In this document: positions 33,735-41,155 of the stretch, piece after piece | How positions within the stretch are numbered: the stretch's first letter is position 1 | Layout: every line of letters begins with the position of its first letter | Virus record (IMG/VR): IMGVR_UViG_3300037589_000077 | Coordinates: 1-47,674 of that record | Strand: one strand, 5' to 3' | Origin: a virus | DNA: 47,674 nucleotides | Notes under the pieces: model-generated | Database searches by the model: none | Told to the model about the DNA's origin: nothing | What the model saw: only the letters and a program-made list of their open reading frames with translations | Program-made: the position numbers and the translations under genes

Positions 33735-34514
33735 TCACGCCCCCCACTTGTAGTAGTCGCCATCGTCGACGGGGCCGTCGTCCACGAGCACCAGGCCGCC
33801 CTCCTCGAGATCCCCGCCCACGCCCAGCACCTCGACAGGTTCAGGCTCCGCCTCGACCTGCGTCCACACCCCGCCGCGGTACACCTCGAGTGTGTCCATG
33901 CGACGCGGCGCGTAGACCGAGTGTCGGCACGCGAGTACCCGCCACCCCAGCGGCACGTGTAGGACCTGCTCGACCCCCTCGACGTCCTCACACACCACCA
34001 GGACCTCGGCGCCGCTCGAGCTGTGGTGGACCTCCCCCGGCCCCATCGCCATCAGGCGACGCTCGATCTTCTTCTCGCGCACCACCACGACCTCGCCGCA
34101 CACCAGGCGCAACGGGTCCACCGGCTCGGGCAGCTCCTCACCGTCGAGCACGACCTCGAGCTCGGCGAGCGTCGCCGAGAGCACCTCCCTGGCACCCCGG
34201 ATCTTCGAGAGCCCGAAGTCGTGGTCGGCGTTCGCCTCGAGCCTCGCCTTCATCTCACCCACGCCACCGATCAACGCCGAGCGCGCCCTCCGCCCCTCCT
34301 CGCGCGCCCTCCTCGGATCGATCATCACCAGGTACGCCGCACGCTCCATCATCGCCGTGCGCTCGGCGCGCGCGTCCTCGCTCGTGTACGTCCCCAGCAC
34401 GCAGTCCACGATGTAGCGCCACATCGCCACGATGTTGTTCGCCAGCGTCTTCAAGTGTGCACGCCTCGTGTGTGCGCGCCACATCACGCGCGCCGCCTTC
34501 TTCTTCTCCGACAT
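33735..34514 (-). CDS. hypothetical protein
   Basis: ATG at 34514 immediately after AGGAGGAGAGG. 259 aa. The upstream part of the track ORF is Arg-rich shadow. Confidence 0.55.
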   Translation of the reverse strand: MSEKKKAARVMWRAHTRRAHLKTLANNIVAMWRYIVDCVLGTYTSEDARAERTAMMERAAYLVMIDPRRAREEGRRARSALIGGVGEMKARLEANADHDFGLSKIRGAREVLSATLAELEVVLDGEELPEPVDPLRLVCGEVVVVREKKIERRLMAMGPGEVHHSSSGAEVLVVCEDVEGVEQVLHVPLGWRVLACRHSVYAPRRMDTLEVYRGGVWTQVEAEPEPVEVLGVGGDLEEGGLVLVDDGPVDDGDYYKWGA

Positions 34515-34696
34515 CCTCTCCTCCTGTCTGTGTGGTGGCCCGCGCGTCTCTTCGGTTCGAGAGACTCCAGAGCTACGACCCCGCCCACACCATGTGGGTG
34601 GCAGTCGACGCGCGGACCAAGGCGACGAGTGGGAGTGAACCCGTGTGCGCGCGTCCCGTGTCCGTGGGGGCGCCACCTCGTCGCGTGAGCAGCCCG

Positions 34697-34981
34697 TCAG
34701 GCCGCCTCGGGCTCCCAGTGCCGCGGCGCGTTCGCCGGGTTGTAGGGGCTGCGACGCCACACGCTCAGGTCCACGTCGTCGACGTAGTGCACCGAGTCGC
34801 AGCACGGGCAGTCGTAGAAGTCCCCGTCGCTCATGCCCTCGCACTCCGGGCAGGGCACCAGGCCGAAGTGGCCAAGGACCTCGGCGCGCGCGCCATCGTC
34901 CTCGCCTGCGCTCTCCAGCGCGGCCTGCCAGTCCCCGTCGCTCACCGCCCAGTCGACCTCTTTCTTCGCGTCCTCGTTCAT
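34697..34981 (-). CDS. small acidic zinc-binding protein (CPEC...CPCC)
   Basis: ATG at 34981 after GAGGAGAGACG. 94 aa. Confidence 0.5.
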   Translation of the reverse strand: MNEDAKKEVDWAVSDGDWQAALESAGEDDGARAEVLGHFGLVPCPECEGMSDGDFYDCPCCDSVHYVDDVDLSVWRRSPYNPANAPRHWEPEAA

Positions 34982-35022
34982 CGTCTCTCCTCGTGTTCGT
35001 GTTCGTGTGTCCCGAGAGGTCT

Positions 35023-35643
35023 TCAGCCCTCGTTCTCGCGCTCCTCGCGCCTCGCCTCGATGACCGCGAGCTCGGCCTTGAGCCGCTCGAGCTCGCTCGC
35101 CGTCGACTTCGCCACGAACCGTGGCTTGTGCGTCGGCGCGTCGAGCGCCGGCAGCCCTGCGCGCTGGCGCACCAGGTGCGCCTCGCGGTTGTACGCCTCG
35201 TAGCCGGGCACATCCTCGCCCCATACCGTGCCCAGCAGCGCGAGCCGCGCGACCCGCTCGCGCTCGTCACGGATGAGCGCACGCACCTGGGCGTCGGCGA
35301 CCACCATCCGCCTGCCGTCCTCGGTACGCTCGTAGGTCAGCCACGCTCGCGCCTGCCGCACGCTCATCCGGCCGATGTTGCCGAGCAGGTCCACCACCTC
35401 GACCACCTGCCGGCTCCCGTTGCCCACCGCCCGGCACGCCACCGTCTCGAAGCTCCCCACGCCCTGGGGCGTGCGCCGCGGCCGCACGATGTGCCACGCC
35501 CGCGTGTCGCTCCCCTTCACCTTCTTGCGCGTCAGGTAGTCCACCACTGTACACCTGTGCGGCGATCGCGCCTTGATCGCATGCGATCGCGACTGCTCGA
35601 TCGCGTCGCGAGCGTTAATCTCTTTCACCCCTGGTGCGACCAT
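35023..35643 (-). CDS. first gene of the leftward early operon, hypothetical
   Basis: ATG after GAGGTGGTAAG. 206 aa. Divergent from the XRE repressor gene. Confidence 0.55.
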   Translation of the reverse strand: MVAPGVKEINARDAIEQSRSHAIKARSPHRCTVVDYLTRKKVKGSDTRAWHIVRPRRTPQGVGSFETVACRAVGNGSRQVVEVVDLLGNIGRMSVRQARAWLTYERTEDGRRMVVADAQVRALIRDERERVARLALLGTVWGEDVPGYEAYNREAHLVRQRAGLPALDAPTHKPRFVAKSTASELERLKAELAVIEARREERENEG

Positions 35644-35705
35644 CTTACCACCTCTTGACTGGACATGTGAGCAGCGCTGAACTCTTGAGCAGATTCCGTG
35701 ACTGC

Positions 35706-35733
35706 TTGCCGCGCCCTATGACATGACTATAAT
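35706..35733 (+). promoter_or_regulatory. rightward sigma70-like promoter TTGCCG-16 nt-TATAAT
   Basis: Hexamers at 35706..35711 and 35728..35733, read from the sequence in the AT-rich divergent intergenic region. Confidence 0.35.
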
Positions 35734-35758
35734 GTCATTGACTTCAAAAGCAAGTCAA
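35718..35758. promoter_or_regulatory. two abutting 21-bp dyads: ATGACAT-N7-ATGTCAT (35718..35738) and TTGACTT-N7-AAGTCAA (35738..35758)
   Basis: Perfect 7-bp arms. Extra half-sites AAGTCAA at 35773..35779 and TTGACT at 35655..35660. TGACTCGAAA is repeated at 35760..35769 and 35828..35837. Confidence 0.5.
35726..35753 (-). promoter_or_regulatory. leftward sigma70-like promoter TTGCTT-16 nt-TATAGT (minus strand)
   Basis: -35 at 35753..35748 and -10 at 35731..35726. The -10 overlaps the rightward -10 by 4 bp. Confidence 0.3.
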
Positions 35759-35889
35759 ATGACTCGAAAAAGAAGTCAAGGGTTTGCGTCCGTCCGAACG
35801 CGGCCTTCGTGGTGGTAGAGGTGGCTCTGACTCGAAATCGGCGCCACGGTTGCAGAAAACGAGTCTGATATGCAGGAATCAGATCAGCG

Positions 35890-36180
35890 ATGGAGAAGCA
35901 CGCAATGGAGAATGCACACGACATGGCCAGCATCAGCAAGAAGCTCGGGCGCCTACTGGCAGCCCAACGCACCATCAGGGGGTGGAGCCAGCGGGAGGCC
36001 GCGAAGCGGTCGGAGGTGCTGACGTTCGCGCACATCCAACGCGGCGAGGCCGGAGGGGCGCTCACGCTCGAGCGCATTCAGGAGTTCGCAGACTTCTACA
36101 ACCTGAACTTCCTCGAACTCATCGAGGAAGCTCACGAACTCGACCTCGACGATGAGGACGAAGAGGAACTAGCCGCCTAA
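35890..36180 (+). CDS. XRE-family helix-turn-helix repressor (cI/Cro-like)
   Basis: LGRLLAAQRTIRGWSQREAAKRSEVLTFAHIQRGE is a classic HTH_3 pattern. Acidic tail. An alternative in-frame ATG at 35905 has a better SD (GGAGAA). Confidence 0.8.
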   Translation: MEKHAMENAHDMASISKKLGRLLAAQRTIRGWSQREAAKRSEVLTFAHIQRGEAGGALTLERIQEFADFYNLNFLELIEEAHELDLDDEDEEELAA

Positions 36181-36256
36181 CCACCACCCACGGGCACGCG
36201 GCGGCTACCACCACATCGGTCGCCGGGTGCCTGACACCACCACGGACGGACCCACC

Positions 36257-37072
36257 ATGTCAGCACAACCCACGGGGACCGAGAGCGCGGAGGACTCGCC
36301 TCCGCTGCTGCGGGACCCCTGCGTCATCGCCATCGTCGCCCAGAAGGGCGGCGTGGCGAAGACGACCACGACCGTCAACCTGGCCGCGGCGCTCGCCTCT
36401 CGCGGCCTGCGCGTCTGCGTCATCGACCTGGATGCGCAAGGCTCGGCCTCGAAACACCTGGGCGTCTACGACCCGGACCCGGGCGAGTTGCTCGACGCGC
36501 TCGAGCGTGGCGATGGTCTCGAGGCCCAGGAGGCCGCCGCCGGCGTCGACCTGGTCGCGGGAGGAACCCGCCTGCGCGAGCTTGACCGCCACGCTGGTGA
36601 CGACTCCGAGGTCGAGCTCGAGCGTCTGATCGAACGCTCTCGCCTGGGCGGCTCGTTCGTCTACGACGTCGTCCTGATCGATACGCCGCCCCACCTCGGG
36701 CTCGCGACGCGTTCTGCGCTCGCCGCGGCCGACTGGATCATCACGCCGTTGCAGGCCCAGCCCGGCGGCATGGAGGGTCTGGTGCAAACGCTCGAGTTCC
36801 TGGAAGCGCAACGCGATTTCATGGCCGCGCGTCATCTCGGGACGGTCATTACCTTCCACGACCGACGCAGCTCGCTTTCGGGCGAGGTCATCGAGCTGGT
36901 CGACGGGTTCGCGCGCGCGGCACGCTTCGGAGTGACCATCCCCACCAACGTCGCCGTGGCGCGTGCGTCCGGACAGGGCGTCCCGGTCGTAGCCCAGGAC
37001 GCGCGCGCCGCCGGCGCGCGCGCCTATGAGCAGCTCGCCGACGAGGTGCTCGGGAGGCTCGCCGATGGCTAA
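36257..37072 (+). CDS. parA: ParA/Soj-type partition ATPase
   Basis: Deviant Walker A IAIVAQKGGVAKTTTTVNLAAALA, then VCVIDLDAQGS and VLIDTPP. An alternative GTG start lies at 36227. Confidence 0.85.
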   Translation: MSAQPTGTESAEDSPPLLRDPCVIAIVAQKGGVAKTTTTVNLAAALASRGLRVCVIDLDAQGSASKHLGVYDPDPGELLDALERGDGLEAQEAAAGVDLVAGGTRLRELDRHAGDDSEVELERLIERSRLGGSFVYDVVLIDTPPHLGLATRSALAAADWIITPLQAQPGGMEGLVQTLEFLEAQRDFMAARHLGTVITFHDRRSSLSGEVIELVDGFARAARFGVTIPTNVAVARASGQGVPVVAQDARAAGARAYEQLADEVLGRLADG

Positions 37073-38144
37073 AAGCAAACCGATCCGCGACCCCTTCAGC
37101 GAGATGGCTTCGCGCGCCTCGTCGGACATGGGCGCGCTCTCGCAGATGAGGACCGATGGCGGCACGCAGCCGCGCGCCGAGCTCGACTCGACGCTCGTCG
37201 AGGAGTACGCCGAGCGAATGAAGTACTCGGCGACCGAGGAGTGCATCGTGGACCCCGACGGGACACCATGGGAGCCGATCACGCTGTACAAAGATGGCGA
37301 CGTCTTTTGGCTGGCCGATGGCTTCCACCGGCGTGAGGCAGCACTTCGCGCCGGACTCGAAACCTTCCAGGTCCGCGTGAAGAACGGCGACCTGCGCGCC
37401 GCGGTGCGCTTCTCGCTCAAGGCGAACGCGCGCCACGGCAAGCGGCGCACGAACGAGGACAAGAGGCGAGCGGTCACGCGCGCGCTCAAGGACCCGGTGT
37501 GGGGCTCGTACTCGAACCGTCGCGTCGCCGACATGTGCGGGGTCTCGGACCCCTTCGTGATGAAGGTGCGCGCCGAGCTCGAAGCCGACGGCGTGATCGA
37601 GCCTGCGCTCGAGCGCGTGGGCCTGGACGGCGAAGTCGTCGACGTCAAAGCTCACACCAGGCGCATCAAGGCCGGGCTGTCGAAGTCGACGCCGAAGGCA
37701 CCGCCAAAGGAGGAGCTAATCGTTAGCACCCCGGCGACGCCCGCTGCCGAGGAGGACCTCGGAGATGCGACCTTGCAGCTCCCGCCTGGTCTGCCGCGCG
37801 TGACGTTCAAGGAGCTTTCCAAGGTTGAAGACGACGCCCACGGCGCCCTGCTCGCCGCGCCGAACGGGTGGAGCGACCTGCGTGCGCTTCACGAGGACGG
37901 CCTTCGCGTGGCGCGCGCCGTGCTCTACCCGCTCGGCCAGGAGCGCGCGCTCGTCGAAGGCGTGAGCGTGTGGTTCAGCGCGATGCGTGAGAACGAGGTC
38001 CACGTGGTCCACCGTGCGCTCGCTGAGGGCACGGTTCTGGTCATCTCGCGCGAGCGCATCGGCGCGCTCACCGGCACGACCCTCGAGGAGCTCGCCGCCG
38101 AACTCGGCGAAGGCGATGCGGCGCGGGTGGGAGGTGGCGCGTGA
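37065..38144 (+). CDS. parB: ParB/Srx-domain protein (partition partner candidate)
   Basis: ATG at 37065 overlaps the parA end by 8 nt. WLADGFHRREAALRAG (DGxHR) and KANARHGKRRTNEDKRRAV motifs. Confidence 0.75.
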   Translation: MAKSKPIRDPFSEMASRASSDMGALSQMRTDGGTQPRAELDSTLVEEYAERMKYSATEECIVDPDGTPWEPITLYKDGDVFWLADGFHRREAALRAGLETFQVRVKNGDLRAAVRFSLKANARHGKRRTNEDKRRAVTRALKDPVWGSYSNRRVADMCGVSDPFVMKVRAELEADGVIEPALERVGLDGEVVDVKAHTRRIKAGLSKSTPKAPPKEELIVSTPATPAAEEDLGDATLQLPPGLPRVTFKELSKVEDDAHGALLAAPNGWSDLRALHEDGLRVARAVLYPLGQERALVEGVSVWFSAMRENEVHVVHRALAEGTVLVISRERIGALTGTTLEELAAELGEGDAARVGGGA

Positions 38145-38614
38145 GCGATGACCCCGAGCAGACACGCCTGGGGGAGTACATCGAAGAGCAGGTGCAGCGG
38201 CGCGTGCGCGAGGAGCTCGAGCGTCTGGCGCAAGAACGAGAAGAGGCACCCGGGGTAACGGGTGCCTCTCTCGAACGTCGTGGTGAACACAAACGCCCTC
38301 GCGAGAACAACCCTACTGCTGGGATCCGCGAATTACAAGACTGGCTGTTGCACATGACGTCATCCGACTTGCCTGTCTACACCAAGGCGCTGCTCGCCTA
38401 CTTCGCAGGCCGTGCCGATGGCGGCTTGGTTCGAGTGCCATACACAACCGCCTCGAGCGAGGTCGGCATGAGCGCAAACTCATACTACCAGCACATCAAG
38501 CGGGCGCTCGCATCAGGGCTGATCATCAAAGACGGGGAGTTCAAGTATTCGGCGGGCGACCGTCGGCTGAGCGCCGACGCGTACAGGTTGCAGATGCCAC
38601 ATCGCCCCCCTTGA
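38141..38614 (+). CDS. winged-helix DNA-binding protein
   Basis: GTGA overlap. TTASSEVGMSANSYYQHIKRALASGLIIKDGEF is wHTH-like. The 3' half is AT-richer. Confidence 0.55.
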   Translation: MSDDPEQTRLGEYIEEQVQRRVREELERLAQEREEAPGVTGASLERRGEHKRPRENNPTAGIRELQDWLLHMTSSDLPVYTKALLAYFAGRADGGLVRVPYTTASSEVGMSANSYYQHIKRALASGLIIKDGEFKYSAGDRRLSADAYRLQMPHRPP

Positions 38615-38733
38615 ATTCATCCTGGCTCAAAACAAGGCCTTGAATTAGAAATGTAGGTGAACCCCTGACGGTGATGCAAACGCCCTCGCAAGCGAACGCT
38701 CACCTTCGGAGGACGCAAAAACCGAACAGTCGT

Positions 38734-38747
38734 GACCCCTTGGGGTC
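38734..38747. promoter_or_regulatory. palindrome GACCCC-TT-GGGGTC upstream of the putative rep gene (same arms as the internal iterons)
   Basis: Read directly from the sequence. Lies 23 nt upstream of the 38770 start. Confidence 0.5.
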
Positions 38748-38769
38748 GGGACAACCGAGAGGTGAACGG

Positions 38770-40548
38770 ATGAGCAGTGAGGCAAGAGAGACCGAAGAGC
38801 ACGTGCACCAGTACCTGATCGACAGGTGCCTGGCAGCTCAGGGCGAGACGGGCAACGCGGTGACCATGGGCGCCCGCATCATCAGGGCCGCCAACCGCAA
38901 CCGTGTCGTCTGGGAGACCGGCGCCACCATCCACGGCAAGAGGGGGGGGTCATCGTCGACGTTCAAGCGTCACGTGAGCGACTTGATCGACGCCGGTTGG
39001 ATCATCGCGGTTCGACGCCCGTCGAACCGCAAGAAGGTCAAGCTGAGCCGAACGAAGGTGCCGAGCCGGAACGAACGCAAGGGCCAGGTGCGCTACCACT
39101 ACATCGTCAAGGACCCGACGAGCGACCCGCTCGCCGAGGTGGACCGCGCATACGGCAACAGGGCGACGATCTACATGGAGCTCTATCGTGAGTGGCGCGA
39201 GCTGCTGGCGAAGTCACAGGACCTTGATCAGGAGCTCGACTTCGACGAGCACAGGAGGCTGTTGTTCGCGCGCAAGAACTGGGTTTGGGTCGACCGGATG
39301 AACGCGGGGGAGACGCCGGGCGAGGGCTCGGCCTGGCGGGTGGACCTGTGCCAGGGGCGAGCCGGAGACCCCGTTTTTTTGTGCCTCGAAGACGACCCTC
39401 ATGGGGTCAAGATGACCCCCTCATGGGGTCAAGATGACCCCCTCATGGGTCCATCATGGGCTCCTCCAGAGGTCTCTTTGTATTGTCTTAAACTAGAGTC
39501 TTCAGGTGGTACCTTCGCGTGTGCGCAGGCGCACACGCGCGAGGAGTCGCCGTCTGAGGACGGCGAGCAGGGACCACCACATCAAGGGGGGGTGTTGTTC
39601 GATCTCTTTTCTCTGAAGGGCCCGGACGAAGGTGACCGCGACGCGGTCACCGAGGACGTCGACGCCAACGTTCAGGCGGAGATCGACGCGATGGTCTCAG
39701 GCGTGGTCGAGCATGCCCATGGCCTCCCAGATGAGGACGAGGCCGAAGACGACGAGGTGACGGCGGCGTGGCGTGCCCTCAAGGACAGGATGGGGGTCGT
39801 ACCCGACGAGGACGCCGACGAGGCTCAGGAGGGCCAGGAGGCCGCCGAGGAGCCCGTTGCAGACGAGGTCGAGAACGTCGAGCCGGAGGCTGAGGCTCAG
39901 GACGAGGCCGTCGACGTCGAAGCCAGGCACGTCGCCGAGCTCATCTGGCACGCGTGCGGTGAGCGCCCGACGCCCCAGGCGGCCCGCTCCATCATCGACG
40001 AGGTGTGCGCGGTGCCAGGTCGTCGGCATGACACGTTGAGGTTCATCGCCACGAAGTGCATGCAGCTCGCCAAGAGGGCGAGCGACGGGCGGTCGACGGG
40101 CTACACCGTCGACGTGGTGCGGGGGTGGCTGCTCGAGGACATCTGCAAGCCGTTCCGGTACGTGCTCGTTGAGCCCGAGGTGGCTCTTGGTTCGCTGGCC
40201 GCCGGGTCGTGGATGGTGTTCCGCGAGAAGGGTGCGCCGACATGGAGACCTGACAACATCGCGAGCTGGTATGAGACCGGTTCTGCGAACGACGACGCGC
40301 CGAAGCGGCGTGAGGAGGACAGCATGGTTCAGGAGGTGGAGTCGGCCGAGTCGCTCGGCTCAGAAGCCAGCGAGGTAGCCCCCGAGGTCGAGGCGATCGC
40401 GAAGCGCGTCGACTCCATGAGCGTCATTCTGGAGGCTGGCGAAGCCGAGGGCTGGGTGCTCGAAGCAGCCAATGAGGCCCTCGCTGAAGGTCGAGCCGCC
40501 GGTGTGGACGTGAGCGCGCTCGAGGAGGCGCTGGCGAAGCTGGAGTAG
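38770..40548 (+). CDS. putative replication initiator (N-terminal wHTH, internal iteron region, acidic C-terminal half)
   Basis: ATG at 38770 after GAGAGG. SSSTFKRHVSDLIDAGWIIAVRRP is wHTH-like. The gene contains the iterons and an AT-rich patch, resembling the lambda O / ori arrangement. Confidence 0.5.
   Translation: MSSEARETEEHVHQYLIDRCLAAQGETGNAVTMGARIIRAANRNRVVWETGATIHGKRGGSSSTFKRHVSDLIDAGWIIAVRRPSNRKKVKLSRTKVPSRNERKGQVRYHYIVKDPTSDPLAEVDRAYGNRATIYMELYREWRELLAKSQDLDQELDFDEHRRLLFARKNWVWVDRMNAGETPGEGSAWRVDLCQGRAGDPVFLCLEDDPHGVKMTPSWGQDDPLMGPSWAPPEVSLYCLKLESSGGTFACAQAHTREESPSEDGEQGPPHQGGVLFDLFSLKGPDEGDRDAVTEDVDANVQAEIDAMVSGVVEHAHGLPDEDEAEDDEVTAAWRALKDRMGVVPDEDADEAQEGQEAAEEPVADEVENVEPEAEAQDEAVDVEARHVAELIWHACGERPTPQAARSIIDEVCAVPGRRHDTLRFIATKCMQLAKRASDGRSTGYTVDVVRGWLLEDICKPFRYVLVEPEVALGSLAAGSWMVFREKGAPTWRPDNIASWYETGSANDDAPKRREEDSMVQEVESAESLGSEASEVAPEVEAIAKRVDSMSVILEAGEAEGWVLEAANEALAEGRAAGVDVSALEEALAKLE
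39394..39457 (+). repeat. three tandem 20-22-bp iteron-like repeats GACCC(CC)TCATGGGGTCAAGAT
   Basis: Copies at 39394..39413, 39414..39435 and 39436..39457 (third copy diverged at its 3' end). Each holds a GACCCC/GGGGTC dyad. The unit is not a multiple of 3, so the three copies are translated in three phases. Confidence 0.7.
39517..39538. repeat. 22-bp palindrome GCGTGTGCGC-AG-GCGCACACGC next to the iteron / AT-rich region
   Basis: Perfect 10-bp arms read from the sequence. Confidence 0.6.
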
Positions 40549-40765
40549 GAGACCGTGGCGCGCCCACGCCGGGCGTCGAGACAGCGCGTTGGTCGCGTGG
40601 GTGGAGGTCCGCCCGTGGTGCGTGACCAGGTGCGAGCGGACGAGAGGGCGTGGTGGCCTGACCGTGAGCTCGAGGCTCGGCATGGGCGCGTCACGGGAGC
40701 GTCGAGAGGCACATAGGCAAGCCATGTTTTTCGTTAAACAAAAATCCGAACGTGAGGTCTGACAG

Positions 40766-41152
40766 GTGAGCGAGGAGACGACGAGGGAGCAGCAGGGGGC
40801 GATGGAGTTGGCGCGCATGTCGGCGGTGACGGTGCGCCTGCTCCAGGACCTCGAGCGCCTGGTGCCAGACCTGCGTGACCGGGTGGACCTGCGACGTGCC
40901 GAGGGTTGGCCCGAGCTCGACGCGGTGCACGCCGAGCTCGACGAGCTGGCCGCGCACTACGAGACAGGGGCGGGGCGGCGCGCGCTCGAGCTGCTCGGGC
41001 GCCTGCATGAGCAGGCGTGCGAGGTGGCGGGGCAGGTCCCTGCGCAGATGCCCAGGCGTACGCACCTGCGGGCGCTACCGGGCCTGAAGACGACTGCGAT
41101 CACGACCGACGCGAACGGCCGCGCTGGCGTCGTCGCGACCGAGGTGACGTGA
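40766..41152 (+). CDS. hypothetical protein
   Basis: GTG start 9 nt after GAGG. 128 aa. First gene after a 217-nt gap. Confidence 0.45.
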   Translation: MSEETTREQQGAMELARMSAVTVRLLQDLERLVPDLRDRVDLRRAEGWPELDAVHAELDELAAHYETGAGRRALELLGRLHEQACEVAGQVPAQMPRRTHLRALPGLKTTAITTDANGRAGVVATEVT

Positions 41153-41155
41153 GCC

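Noticed and set aside
34515-34696. 182-nt gap in the leftward operon with a 6-bp stem (GTCTCT-N8-AGAGAC, about 34545..34564) as a terminator or small RNA.
   Set aside because: The stem is short with no U-run and no promoter-like hexamers are seen, so the signal is insufficient.
39394-39457. Whether the tandem repeats form a CRISPR array.
   Set aside because: There are only three directly abutting copies with no spacers and no cas genes. They lie inside a coding region next to an AT-rich patch, which fits iterons.
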